From a virus (lineage: Duplodnaviria; Caudoviricetes): a stretch of 28,222 nt of DNA. The translations under genes were made by a program, and so were the position numbers. The stretch is from positions 1 through 28,222 of the IMG/VR virus record IMGVR_UViG_3300031519_000166. One strand, 5' to 3'. The notes under the pieces were generated by a model, which was not told the DNA's origin, ran no database searches, and saw only the letters and a program-made list of their open reading frames with translations. Within the stretch, counting starts at the first letter, position 1. Every line of letters begins with the position of its first letter. This document shows positions 17,021-25,287 of the stretch, in pieces.

Positions 17021-17270
17021 GATATATTTCGGTGATGTACCCCTTTAAGTTATTGTAGTATTTAGCACTTCTAAATATGTATATTAGAAAAAATATAGGT
17101 GCTCCTACTAAAAAACAGGGGGTAGAGATCCCATAATAAATGAGACCGCCTCTAAAGTCCCACCCATACCCTACTTCTCGAAATGCTTTTACATTGAGTC
17201 GTAACATACAGATAGCAGTTGTTATACAAAAAATTGCATAATAACTAAATTCGTCCGGTATTGATTCCAT
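16998..17270 (-). CDS. Hypothetical membrane protein
   Basis: Two hydrophobic stretches; fills the gap between D2 and D3. Confidence 0.65.
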   Translation of the reverse strand: MESIPDEFSYYAIFCITTAICMLRLNVKAFREVGYGWDFRGGLIYYGISTPCFLVGAPIFFLIYIFRSAKYYNNLKGYITEIYLDSDDKS

Positions 17271-17892
17271 AAGCTTTTAAATGCTCCAATTTTCCGAGAT
17301 CATATGCGGGGACAAACGCATTGTAACCTCCCCCGATATTATTCTCACTACTAGCTTCTCGTATCCATACTCGATAGCATAATCCATAAAGTTTTTCGTG
17401 CTTAGCGTTTACAGCTTCCAAGACTTCACACGAAGTGTGGTACTTGGCTGACCAAGCAACTTCTCCTGTAGCAAAGCTATCTGACACACACTCGTCTGGA
17501 AGATATTCTGTTTCGTATCGTTCATCCCCAGCTACCCTTCCAGGCACGCCTAAGTTCTCTACGATATTCTTGACAAAAGCTACAGAGCGAAAGAGTCTTC
17601 TAGCAACATCTGAGAAGCTTTCCCCTACTAAGTAGGACTCTACGACTTCTGCAATTTCAGCATTGTCAGCGGGTCTACCACGCTTTTGGGCTTTTCGAGT
17701 TCTTCTGTACTCTTGGTCGAACTCATAATCTTCGATAACCTTACTAAGGCGAGTGGTATTATAGCTAATATTAAGAATACTACACGCTTCTTTTTTTGTA
17801 ATCGGCTTTTCCGCCGACAAAAGACGTACAACTTTTTTAATGTTTGCATCTGTTAAGTTTTCTCCTTCTTGTTTTTTAATACCTCTTCTCAT
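17245..17892 (-). CDS. D2: T5 D2-like protein
   Basis: TKKEACSIL, KRG, YLVGESFSDVARRLFRSVAFVK, CYRVW and LEHL resemble T5 D2; synteny. Confidence 0.85.
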   Translation of the reverse strand: MRRGIKKQEGENLTDANIKKVVRLLSAEKPITKKEACSILNISYNTTRLSKVIEDYEFDQEYRRTRKAQKRGRPADNAEIAEVVESYLVGESFSDVARRLFRSVAFVKNIVENLGVPGRVAGDERYETEYLPDECVSDSFATGEVAWSAKYHTSCEVLEAVNAKHEKLYGLCYRVWIREASSENNIGGGYNAFVPAYDLGKLEHLKAYGINTGRI

Positions 17893-18491
17893 GCTGCCCT
17901 CGTAATTCGTTGTTCATAATCTGCAAAGTCTTCTGACCACCAAGGTGGCTTCTCCCGATACTTCCAACTAGCAAAGGTTGCTTTGTCAAGATGGTAATAT
18001 CGACGATAAGATTCTACAGGGTCATTGTAATCTTTTAGTTCTTCTGGCATGGCTAACCCGAAAGTAGTAAAACCTACACGCTCCATTCTTTGAGGTTCTG
18101 GCAGGTTATTTACTACTTGGGCTATAGACTTGTGGTCTTTACCATAGCGGTAACGATACTCTTCATTAAGAGCATTACCGTAACAGTGAGTCCATTCATG
18201 ATTGTCAAGAGAAGACCTAGCCCATATCGTACAAGGATGATTGTACATCATTGGTAGGTATGGGGTCAGGGGTCTTTCCTCTGGGGGTAGATGTTTGATT
18301 TCTGACTTTAAAACATTAAGGTAGTCTCGTTCTGGTTTATCTAATGCGCGGGGCACAAAGCCAAGATACTGATCGATCCATATAGAGGTACACAATATTT
18401 GCGCTACTTCTAAAGGCATCTTTACTACATGTTTGTCTACATGATACTCCGCGCAGCGGTCAAGGTCTTTATCTAAGTAAAATAAATTCAT
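17889..18491 (-). CDS. Pyrimidine-dimer DNA glycosylase / endonuclease V-like protein
   Basis: MNLFYLD...HVDKHVVKMPLEVAQIL...NHPCTIWAR...EYRYRYGKDH...YRRYY family pattern. Confidence 0.78.
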   Translation of the reverse strand: MNLFYLDKDLDRCAEYHVDKHVVKMPLEVAQILCTSIWIDQYLGFVPRALDKPERDYLNVLKSEIKHLPPEERPLTPYLPMMYNHPCTIWARSSLDNHEWTHCYGNALNEEYRYRYGKDHKSIAQVVNNLPEPQRMERVGFTTFGLAMPEELKDYNDPVESYRRYYHLDKATFASWKYREKPPWWSEDFADYEQRITRAA

Positions 18492-18515
18492 CTCAATCCT
18501 TTGTCAATTTCCTCT

Positions 18516-18555
18516 ATTATAACAGCAGAAGAAAAAAATGTCAAGATTTATTTTT
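18516..18555 (-). promoter_or_regulatory. sigma70-type promoter
   Basis: AAAAATAAATC-TTGACA(18544-18539)-17 nt-TATAAT(18521-18516). Confidence 0.9.
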
Positions 18556-18563
18556 GCCCTCAA

Positions 18564-18725
18564 CTACCAATGATGCAGTGTATTGGCAATTATGAAGAAG
18601 CAGGTAACAAAGTTTACTAGAACGAGAATGCTACGAAATAGCATAATGTGATTGTCGTAGCCTTCAGTTTTATCATCGCTAAAAGAACCTATAGCAAACT
18701 TCCAAATTGTGGTTAACTTACGCAT
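18564..18725 (-). CDS. Small membrane protein (53 aa)
   Basis: Not in track. MRKLTTIWKFAIGSFSDDKT...FRSILVLVNFVTCFFIIANTLHHW; one TM helix, start overlaps the upstream stop. Confidence 0.75.
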   Translation of the reverse strand: MRKLTTIWKFAIGSFSDDKTEGYDNHIMLFRSILVLVNFVTCFFIIANTLHHW

Positions 18726-18969
18726 AACCCTGCTGTAGCATTTTCGTTAGTCTTTTCTGGACTAAGTCCTCTAGGTTGCTTCCATCTATTTGGTAAGTCT
18801 TTTTAAGAACAGTCATCATAGCCATAACATCCGCCATTTCTTCTGTAAGGTTCTGTAGATATTTGGGGTCGTCTACGGTTCCGTGTCTTAGCACTTTAGA
18901 GCACGCTCTGATTAACTCTCCACATTCTTCCATAGTAATTACTAGTTGTTTCAATTTATTTAATTCCAT
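18718..18969 (-). CDS. MazG-like NTP pyrophosphohydrolase
   Basis: EECGEL...K...EEMADV (ExxE...ExxD). Confidence 0.82.
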   Translation of the reverse strand: MELNKLKQLVITMEECGELIRACSKVLRHGTVDDPKYLQNLTEEMADVMAMMTVLKKTYQIDGSNLEDLVQKRLTKMLQQGYA

Positions 18970-19180
18970 TTGTGTATTCCATTAGCTCGTCGAATCCTCC
19001 GATGCACGTTCCATCCACGAAAATCTGAGGAAAGGTTTTAAACTTAACCTTTGCCCACAGTTCCATAATAGTATAGTGATCATCGAGGTGATAATATTTA
19101 TAATCTAGTTTAAGGTTTTTGCATACTTCCTGTGCTCTCACACAATAGTTGCAGTCCATCTTTCCGTAGATCTCAATCAT
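18956..19180 (-). CDS. grx: Glutaredoxin
   Basis: IYGK..CNYC, TFPQIF, IGGFDEL. Confidence 0.93.
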   Translation of the reverse strand: MIEIYGKMDCNYCVRAQEVCKNLKLDYKYYHLDDHYTIMELWAKVKFKTFPQIFVDGTCIGGFDELMEYTNGIK

Positions 19181-19311
19181 AGATTTCTGTTCTTTAAGAA
19201 TGTAATGTACTCAGGCCATCTAAATAACCCACCCCTTATATGGCAGTAGAACAGCCCGTTGTAGGGAGCTTTACTGACATCTTTAGGGAAGTTTAAGTTA
19301 GTTTGTCTCAT
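19177..19311 (-). CDS. Small hypothetical protein (44 aa)
   Basis: Not in track. MRQTNLNFPKDVSKAPYNGLFYCHIRGGLFRWPEYITFLKNRNL; GGAG upstream, ATGA overlap with grx. Confidence 0.65.
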   Translation of the reverse strand: MRQTNLNFPKDVSKAPYNGLFYCHIRGGLFRWPEYITFLKNRNL

Positions 19312-20128
19312 AGTTTAATATCTCCAGATTAGTTTTTAAGTGTTCCCATGCGTCTCCAAGGGCTACCTCTTCAGGAAGCCACTGGCACCACGCTAAATTA
19401 TTAAGCCATTGCGTTCTATCAGGTTTTGGAGGATCTGTAAGTTCTGAAAAATCTTTCATAGCTAGGTCCCAGCACATAGACCCCGGGTCTAAGTTTAAAA
19501 CGGGCACTCCATAAACTAAAGAATCTACTCCTGAATTACTATTAATAGTTACTAATGCTTTTGCTGAATCAAGTTGTTTTTCTAAAGGCTCTCTGCAAGA
19601 AATAACTCCTGCCCTAGTAGATGGTGCCTTTGGGTGAGGACGGATTAAAGTCGGAAGGTCTACAACCTTTTTTATTCCCTCTATAATCGCATCATAGGAG
19701 CCTGTGAAATGTCTAAGAGAGGCATCCCCAGGTACTTGCATTGTCACAAGTATGTAATTTCCTGCTTCTCTGTAAGGCTTTACTCTGCCGTCATCAAAAT
19801 GCTTATTAAATCTTGTAGAGTCTTTATTCTCGTTTAAGTAGGTACCCCTACCATTCAACCCATTAAAGCCTAGAGAATACCATAGAGGCCAACTTTTAGT
19901 GTCTATTCGTGGCTGTAAGTAGGCAGCCTCTAACAAAAGAAAGTTACGATACTTTCCTTTAAACTTATCAATATTTCTCATACCCCAGGTTACTAGTAAG
20001 TCACATTTACCTGGAGCATTCATGTCCCAGATCTCGTATTCTTGCCCATGCTTTTTTAAGCCGTCTATAAACTTATCGGCCGAAAAGGTGTGGTGAGGAG
20101 CTGTCCCCCTGTATATAGCTATTTTCAC
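19298..20128 (-). CDS. GT-B glycosyltransferase, capsule biosynthesis KpsS/KpsC-like
   Basis: QVPGDASL, IRPHP and VTINSNSGVDSLVYGVPV resemble the QxxxD/HP/NS motifs of CMP-Kdo-type transferases. Confidence 0.7.
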   Translation of the reverse strand: MKIAIYRGTAPHHTFSADKFIDGLKKHGQEYEIWDMNAPGKCDLLVTWGMRNIDKFKGKYRNFLLLEAAYLQPRIDTKSWPLWYSLGFNGLNGRGTYLNENKDSTRFNKHFDDGRVKPYREAGNYILVTMQVPGDASLRHFTGSYDAIIEGIKKVVDLPTLIRPHPKAPSTRAGVISCREPLEKQLDSAKALVTINSNSGVDSLVYGVPVLNLDPGSMCWDLAMKDFSELTDPPKPDRTQWLNNLAWCQWLPEEVALGDAWEHLKTNLEILNYETN

Positions 20129-20682
20129 GATAAAGTTAGTAAAAAGCTCTCGCTGATTCTATTCTCGGATGGATACATCCAATCAACCTTCCCGTACTCT
20201 TCTAGTTTTTCTTTCCATTCGGGGTATGTTTTAATATTAATATGTAGATCTCTACCGTCTGGTAAATGACTAGGATTGTTGCTAATTGTAAAGTAAATAT
20301 ACTTTTTCGCAACCCTAACAAACTCTTCTAGTATAGCATCAGTTTGCTTAGGTAGGTAATGCTCCATAGCATCTAAATTGGTGATGAAGTCAATGCTTTT
20401 ATCTTCAAAGGGTAGTTCATGACTCCACGCGAAAACTATGTCAGACTTTAGAAGTTCTGGTACTATTTCTGTACCGCTACTCTGTACTCCTTTATGACGA
20501 ATATGTTCTACAGTTTCCCCTCGACCAGCACTAACATCCAAGTGTGTTTCTATAGTAGAGTCTTTTCCTAAGATTTCATCTATACACTTAAAAGCACTTT
20601 TTTTCCTGCTATCACCCATTCTATACGCGGGAAGGGTATATGCACTTACATATTTAGCTTGTTCTATATTATTCTCTTCCAT
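20125..20682 (-). CDS. Class I SAM-dependent methyltransferase
   Basis: LDVSAGRGE, LPFEDKSIDFI..DAMEH, EFVRV, LHIN. Confidence 0.85.
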   Translation of the reverse strand: MEENNIEQAKYVSAYTLPAYRMGDSRKKSAFKCIDEILGKDSTIETHLDVSAGRGETVEHIRHKGVQSSGTEIVPELLKSDIVFAWSHELPFEDKSIDFITNLDAMEHYLPKQTDAILEEFVRVAKKYIYFTISNNPSHLPDGRDLHINIKTYPEWKEKLEEYGKVDWMYPSENRISESFLLTLS

Positions 20683-21292
20683 ATTTTTTTAATTCCTTCT
20701 CTAAGTCCGCTGCTTTAAACATAGTTAAAGCAGAATCGGGGGTACAGTTAATGATTAAGTCTTTTATCTTTGGTTGAATATTTGTGTAGGCGGAAACAAA
20801 TTGAGCATAAGGACTTGTAACTTTCAAACCTTTAGGATGATCCCCGAAATAGTGTGTTAATCCAGCTACTTGTTTCATGTTATACCCTACTAGGATAAAT
20901 CTATTTCCTCCCATTAGAAAAGCTAAGTTTAGGCTCTGAAACCCCGAGTTAGACCCGTAATGAATGTAGTTAGAGTCTAAACTTAGTCCCTCTTTATGCT
21001 GCCCCGGTATATGAGTAACGCCATATTGGTCACATAAGTCTTGTCCTGCCTGTGACCAACAACTTAATTCTGGCCTTAATTTTCGTACAGCTTCTCCGTG
21101 ATGCCTCCACCACTTGTCGTCGCAAGCATAGTGCTCATGTAAGTAATCAACTCTTTCATATGAATCATTACACCCTAGCATAATGAACTTGTCTCTGTAC
21201 GGTCTTATACTCTCTACCACTTCTTCAGTGAGTGAGGGCCCTGTTGCGAATAGAACAAAAGGTTTATTCCTATACTTAAGGGGTATTTTCAT
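20669..21292 (-). CDS. Maf/MptE-like or sialyltransferase-like (GT-A variant) protein
   Basis: ATGPSL, GCND, NSGFQSLNLAFLMG..FILVGYNM, HYF, IINCT motifs. Confidence 0.68.
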   Translation of the reverse strand: MKIPLKYRNKPFVLFATGPSLTEEVVESIRPYRDKFIMLGCNDSYERVDYLHEHYACDDKWWRHHGEAVRKLRPELSCWSQAGQDLCDQYGVTHIPGQHKEGLSLDSNYIHYGSNSGFQSLNLAFLMGGNRFILVGYNMKQVAGLTHYFGDHPKGLKVTSPYAQFVSAYTNIQPKIKDLIINCTPDSALTMFKAADLEKELKKYGRE

Positions 21293-21305
21293 AATTATTT
21301 TCCAA

Positions 21306-21335
21306 TAAAAAAGCCGGGGCTATTGCCCCAGCTTT
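21306..21335 (-). terminator. Intrinsic terminator after the hsp20 unit
   Basis: GCTGGGGC-AATA-GCCCCGGC followed by TTTTTT. Confidence 0.88.
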
Positions 21336-21341
21336 CACCGT

Positions 21342-21452
21342 TTAAGCGTGGACGTAACTAATAGCCATATACGCAAGCGGTGCAGATAGCACCACCATAA
21401 TTTGTAATACAGCCTCAAGTACATCCCACTTTTCCTTTACGAAGTTCTTCAT
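21342..21452 (-). CDS. Small single-TM protein (36 aa)
   Basis: Not in track. MKNFVKEKWDVLEAVLQIMVVLSAPLAYMAISYVHA; GGAG RBS; ends just before the terminator. Confidence 0.7.
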   Translation of the reverse strand: MKNFVKEKWDVLEAVLQIMVVLSAPLAYMAISYVHA

Positions 21453-21467
21453 TTAAATCTCCAGAAG

Positions 21468-21863
21468 TTACCCAATAGGTATTGACGTGGGCTTACTAGA
21501 GGGCGAATACATTAGACTTATCTGTAACATTCCATCTTCCATAATAGCTTCGACAACCTCTAAGGTGTTATCAAGCTTAAGATTCTTCTCGAAACTTTTA
21601 CCGGAGATGCCCTTATGAATCCATTCTTTTCCAGCGCTATCTTCTTTCTTATCTCCTTTAATGGAGAGAATACGGTTGTGAACGTTCACTGATACTTGTT
21701 CTCGTTTCCAGCCTGGTACTGCTACATGCACTATGTAACCGCTGGGAATTTTTTCAATGTTGTAGCGTGGATACTCTGGAGTCATCTGATGCTGAGCATA
21801 CATGGGACTGTTAATTAAATTGTCGAAACCGACAAAAAACCTATCTAAATCTATTTTATTCAT
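21468..21863 (-). CDS. hsp20: Small heat-shock protein Hsp20/IbpA-like
   Basis: FVGFD, YPRYNI, AVPG, HKGIS..SF, A.MEDGML. Confidence 0.95.
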   Translation of the reverse strand: MNKIDLDRFFVGFDNLINSPMYAQHQMTPEYPRYNIEKIPSGYIVHVAVPGWKREQVSVNVHNRILSIKGDKKEDSAGKEWIHKGISGKSFEKNLKLDNTLEVVEAIMEDGMLQISLMYSPSSKPTSIPIG

Positions 21864-21972
21864 AGTTTTCTCCTTACAAGAAAGAATACTTGCCCCTTTC
21901 GGAAGCGTAACAATCGTTTTAATTTACGGATTTGAAAAAAGCACAGCTATACTGGTACTAATTTCAGAGTAT

Positions 21973-22011
21973 ATTATACCACCGATAGCAAAATGTGTCA
22001 AGAACTTTTTT
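21973..22011 (-). promoter_or_regulatory. sigma70-type promoter, leftward half of a divergent pair
   Basis: AAAAAAGTTC-TTGACA(22001-21996)-17 nt-TATAAT(21978-21973). Confidence 0.9.
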
Positions 22012-22030
22012 TGCTCAAGTTAGCATCGCG

Positions 22031-22069
22031 AAAATAAGTCTTGACATACAACCCGGAACGTCCTATAAT
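22031..22069 (+). promoter_or_regulatory. sigma70-type promoter, rightward half of a divergent pair
   Basis: AAAATAAGTC-TTGACA(22041-22046)-17 nt-TATAAT(22064-22069). Confidence 0.9.
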
Positions 22070-22093
22070 ATATACTTAATCAGAGGAGATTGT

Positions 22094-22720
22094 ATGTTAG
22101 TAAACTTAGTTTGGATTACCCCCGAGGCCATGAAAGTCATCGCCTATTGTGCGAGAGTTAGTAATCCTGCAAATCAGGACAATGAGAGAACAGCTCCGAA
22201 GTTGTTAAAGTATCTTAAAAAAGAAGCACACTTTAGCCCTTTTGAGATGGCAAGTGCTTGTATTGAGATTGAAACTACAAGAGATATTGCTAGACAGATT
22301 CTGCGGCACCGTTCTTTTAGTTTTCAGGAATTTAGTCAACGCTATGCAGACCCTACTCAAGCATTGGATTTCTCTACGAGAGAGGCTAGGCTGCAAGACC
22401 CACGGAATAGACAGAATAGTATTCCTGCGGATAATGATGGTCTAGAAATTGCTTGGCATACAAAACAGAGAGAAGTAATCGATGCCGCTACTGAAGCCTA
22501 CACATGGGCTATAAGAATGGGAATTGCAAAAGAACAAGCGAGAGCAGTATTGCCAGAAGGTAACACTCATACTCGACTATATATGACAGGAACTTTACGC
22601 TCGTGGATGCACTTCTGTGATCTTCGTGGCGGTAACGGCACTCAGAAAGAGTGCTCAGAAATTGCAGTAGCCTGCAAAGAAATTCTCTGCCAGAACGGTG
22701 GAGACGTCTGGGGAGACTAA
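22094..22720 (+). CDS. thyX: FAD-dependent thymidylate synthase
   Basis: ARVS, HFSPFE, RQILRHRSFSFQEFSQRY, EQARAVLP; ATG 22094 behind GAGGAG. Confidence 0.96.
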   Translation: MLVNLVWITPEAMKVIAYCARVSNPANQDNERTAPKLLKYLKKEAHFSPFEMASACIEIETTRDIARQILRHRSFSFQEFSQRYADPTQALDFSTREARLQDPRNRQNSIPADNDGLEIAWHTKQREVIDAATEAYTWAIRMGIAKEQARAVLPEGNTHTRLYMTGTLRSWMHFCDLRGGNGTQKECSEIAVACKEILCQNGGDVWGD

Positions 22721-22845
22721 TGAAACGTATTAGAAACATAATTTTAACTGTAGCAATTCTAGCTGGATTGTTATATACTAACTGGCAAGGCAGTATGATG
22801 CTTGCTCAGTACCCTGAAATGTATGGAGGAAATCCTTATTTATGA
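22720..22845 (+). CDS. Small membrane/exported protein (41 aa)
   Basis: MKRIRNIILTVAILAGLLY...; TAATG coupling to thyX and ATGA coupling downstream. Confidence 0.65.
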   Translation: MKRIRNIILTVAILAGLLYTNWQGSMMLAQYPEMYGGNPYL

Positions 22846-23174
22846 ATGACGTTTGGAACGGAGAGTCAAGAGGAAACAGTGATGTTATGCAACAGCGCAT
22901 ACGAATCTGGCACAGAGACCGCAATTTGATTGATGGCAGCACTGATAAAGATCAGTTCTGTAAGCTCATTCAAGAATGTGGGGAACTGTCAGACAATATG
23001 TGCAAAGGCAGAGACATGAAAGACGATATTGGCGATATTATGGTTGTGCTTATTAATATTATGGAACGGAACAACTACTCTATGATGGATTGTCTAGAGA
23101 CCGCGTGGATTGACATTAAAGATCGCAAAGGAAAGATGATTGATGGCATCTTTGTAAAGGAAACAGATTTGTGA
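22842..23174 (+). CDS. MazG-like NTP pyrophosphohydrolase
   Basis: W..DRNL, KLIQECGEL, DDIGD..VVL, IKDRKGKMIDGIFVKE. Confidence 0.85.
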   Translation: MNDVWNGESRGNSDVMQQRIRIWHRDRNLIDGSTDKDQFCKLIQECGELSDNMCKGRDMKDDIGDIMVVLINIMERNNYSMMDCLETAWIDIKDRKGKMIDGIFVKETDL

Positions 23175-23386
23175 AACTTGAACAGGCATTGAGAAACGGC
23201 AATGTCGATATAACGTATGAAAGTTTAAACAGTGGAAAAGAGATAACAAAAACATACACTTTGAAAACTATATTTAAAGTAAATTTTAGTCTCTTGTCAA
23301 ACAAACTTATCGCTTATGATGTAAAAGCAAGAGAATGGGAAGACATCGAAAGGTCTACCATTAAAAATTGGAGTATAAATGAATAG
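23171..23386 (+). CDS. Hypothetical protein, possible SH3/WYL-like fold
   Basis: Coupled ORF; ITYESL...TL...AYDV...WEDI pattern. Confidence 0.6.
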   Translation: MKLEQALRNGNVDITYESLNSGKEITKTYTLKTIFKVNFSLLSNKLIAYDVKAREWEDIERSTIKNWSINE

Positions 23387-23825
23387 AGAAGAAGTATTTA
23401 ATCAACTGAAGGAGGACGAAGGTGTCAAGTATGAAATCTATAATGACCATCTTGGCCTGGCTACTTTTGGTGTTGGTCATCTTGTTATTGAGAACGATTC
23501 GGAATTTGGTTCACCCTTGGGTACGCCGATATCGACAGAGCGGGTTTGGGAAGCGTTTGAACAGGATCTGGATACGTCTATTGACGAATGCGAAGTTCTT
23601 TTTGGCCCCAAATGGAATGACTTTCCGGGAGAAGTTCAAGAGATTGTGGTAAACATGATGTTCAATATGGGACGTCCTCGTTTGTCAAAGTTTAAGAACT
23701 TCTGTGCTGCACTAGACGAAGGAGATTGGACGAAGGCTGCCGTCGAAGGACGAGATTCTCGCTGGCATAAGCAAGTGACGAATCGTGCGGAACGCCTCAT
23801 GGTACGACTAGAAAATGTATCTTAA
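23379..23825 (+). CDS. T4-type lysozyme (GH24), probable endolysin
   Basis: E-x8-D-x5-T triad (DEGVKYEIYNDHLGLATFGVGH), NMMFNMG, SRWHKQVTNRAERL. Confidence 0.93.
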   Translation: MNREEVFNQLKEDEGVKYEIYNDHLGLATFGVGHLVIENDSEFGSPLGTPISTERVWEAFEQDLDTSIDECEVLFGPKWNDFPGEVQEIVVNMMFNMGRPRLSKFKNFCAALDEGDWTKAAVEGRDSRWHKQVTNRAERLMVRLENVS

Positions 23826-24234
23826 AGTCATCCTTCTTTTAGGCGTAGTCGGAGCTGCTGGTGGTGCATATGCGTATCACCAAGTTACTGTTGCGAAGTT
23901 AGAGAATGCGGTTATTCAGTTAGAAGCTAATAACCGTACTCTTAAAGAGAACAACAATGTACTACAGGCAGCAGCCGAGAACAATGCGACGAAGGTCGCG
24001 GAACTAGAAGCTCGAAGAGAAGTACAGCAGGCTCAAGTAACTGAACTTACTGCTGTAACAGCCTCTCTTCAAGCTGAGAAGTCTAACTTTATGAAAGTAT
24101 TTAAAGATCACAATCTTACTAGGCTTGCAAGAGCAAGACCTGGCATGATTGAAAAAAGAGTAAATAAAGCCACCGCAGGTATCTTTAGAACAATAGAAGA
24201 AGAGTCGAAGGAGGTTGAAAATGAGGACGATTAG
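23815..24234 (+). CDS. Inner-membrane spanin (Rz-like)
   Basis: N-terminal TM, long coiled coil, immediately after the lysozyme. Confidence 0.72.
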   Translation: MYLKVILLLGVVGAAGGAYAYHQVTVAKLENAVIQLEANNRTLKENNNVLQAAAENNATKVAELEARREVQQAQVTELTAVTASLQAEKSNFMKVFKDHNLTRLARARPGMIEKRVNKATAGIFRTIEEESKEVENEDD

Positions 24235-24670
24235 TATAGCATCATTACTACTTGTTAGTGGGTGTTCTTGGTTTGGGGGTAAAGACATGCCAGCACCATA
24301 CGTAATGCCGGAGCCTGTTGTAATTACTAAGATAGAAACAGTTCCTATTCGTATCTATCAGCCACCTCTCCCCCGTGAAATAGACTTACTCGATGTTAAT
24401 TTCTGGATAATAACAGAAGAAAACTATGAAGAGAAGCGAGCAGAGATTGAAAAGATGCTTGACGGACAATTTGTAGTATTTGCACTTACTCCAGACGGGT
24501 ACGAGAAGATGTCCGAAAATTTACAAGAGTTACGCAGATACTTTAAAGAGACTAAAGAAATCATTCTATACTATAAAAAGGCTACTACTTATGAGACTGA
24601 AACAGAAGATCAATCAGAGAATGGACAAGCTCCAGCAGATAATGGAAAGCAACCAACATCTGGAGGATAA
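24221..24670 (+). CDS. Outer-membrane lipoprotein spanin (Rz1-like)
   Basis: Lipobox LLVSG-C, Pro-rich segment, overlaps the i-spanin end. Confidence 0.72.
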   Translation: MRTISIASLLLVSGCSWFGGKDMPAPYVMPEPVVITKIETVPIRIYQPPLPREIDLLDVNFWIITEENYEEKRAEIEKMLDGQFVVFALTPDGYEKMSENLQELRRYFKETKEIILYYKKATTYETETEDQSENGQAPADNGKQPTSGG

Positions 24671-24794
24671 AGAGGCTGCCTATGATCTTACTCTCGAAGT
24701 AAGTAAGTTTTGGTCTATACTAGGTGAAGAAGATAAAGACTATATACAAATGTGTCAAATGGCTATCGAAGAAGAAAAGGAGTGGAATGTATGA
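24621..24794 (+). CDS. Hypothetical protein (57 aa)
   Basis: MDKLQQIMESNQHL...KFWSIL.EEDKDYIQ; start uncertain. Confidence 0.6.
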   Translation: MDKLQQIMESNQHLEDKEAAYDLTLEVSKFWSILGEEDKDYIQMCQMAIEEEKEWNV

Positions 24795-25012
24795 GTGCGT
24801 GGGACAAGCAAATTGGTGGAGACCACTATAAAAAGTATGCTATTCAACCTACAGAATACGCAGAAAAGAATGGATTAACTTTTTCTGAAGGGTGTATTGT
24901 AAAGTACATTACTCGTTGGAGAGATAAGGGTGGAGTCGATGACTTACGCAAAGTTATTCATTATGCAGAACTCCTAATCGATCTAGAAATAGAAGCGAAT
25001 AAGCAGGTATAA
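24791..25012 (+). CDS. DUF3310-family protein
   Basis: QIGGDHYK..IQP, G.IVKYITRW..KGG..DLRK..HY. Confidence 0.85.
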   Translation: MSAWDKQIGGDHYKKYAIQPTEYAEKNGLTFSEGCIVKYITRWRDKGGVDDLRKVIHYAELLIDLEIEANKQV

Positions 25013-25017
25013 AGTTG

Positions 25018-25046
25018 TTGACATAACAAGCAGAAGCCCGTATAAT
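25018..25046 (+). promoter_or_regulatory. sigma70-type promoter
   Basis: TTGACA-17 nt-TATAAT. Confidence 0.9.
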
Positions 25047-25083
25047 ACATCTCATACGAAAGCAAACAAAGGAAAAAATTAAA

Positions 25084-25287
25084 ATGTCAGTAAAATTCAA
25101 GCCTAATGAAACATTTGTTGACCGACAAACTAAGGTCAAGACTGTGCGAGTATTCCCAATGGCAGGCGTGAAAACCTCTGAACTTGTGGAACTGTGCACG
25201 AAACCAGATGCTGACCTACGTTCAGGTGAGCGTAAAACCCGTGTGAAAGCACGAAAAGAATTAATCAAGAGAGGTGTATCTGTATGA
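25084..25287 (+). CDS. Small basic hypothetical protein
   Basis: AAGGA RBS, first gene after the promoter. Confidence 0.75.
   Translation: MSVKFKPNETFVDRQTKVKTVRVFPMAGVKTSELVELCTKPDADLRSGERKTRVKARKELIKRGVSV

Noticed and set aside
516-17635. Numerous plus-strand ORFs of 60-135 aa (for example 1933-2232, 7579-7986, 14722-15126)
   Set aside because: Antisense shadows of well-supported minus-strand genes, with no recognisable motifs.
21995-22093. N-terminal extension of ThyX in the ORF track
   Set aside because: It spans the promoter; the real start is ATG 22094 with a GAGGAG RBS.
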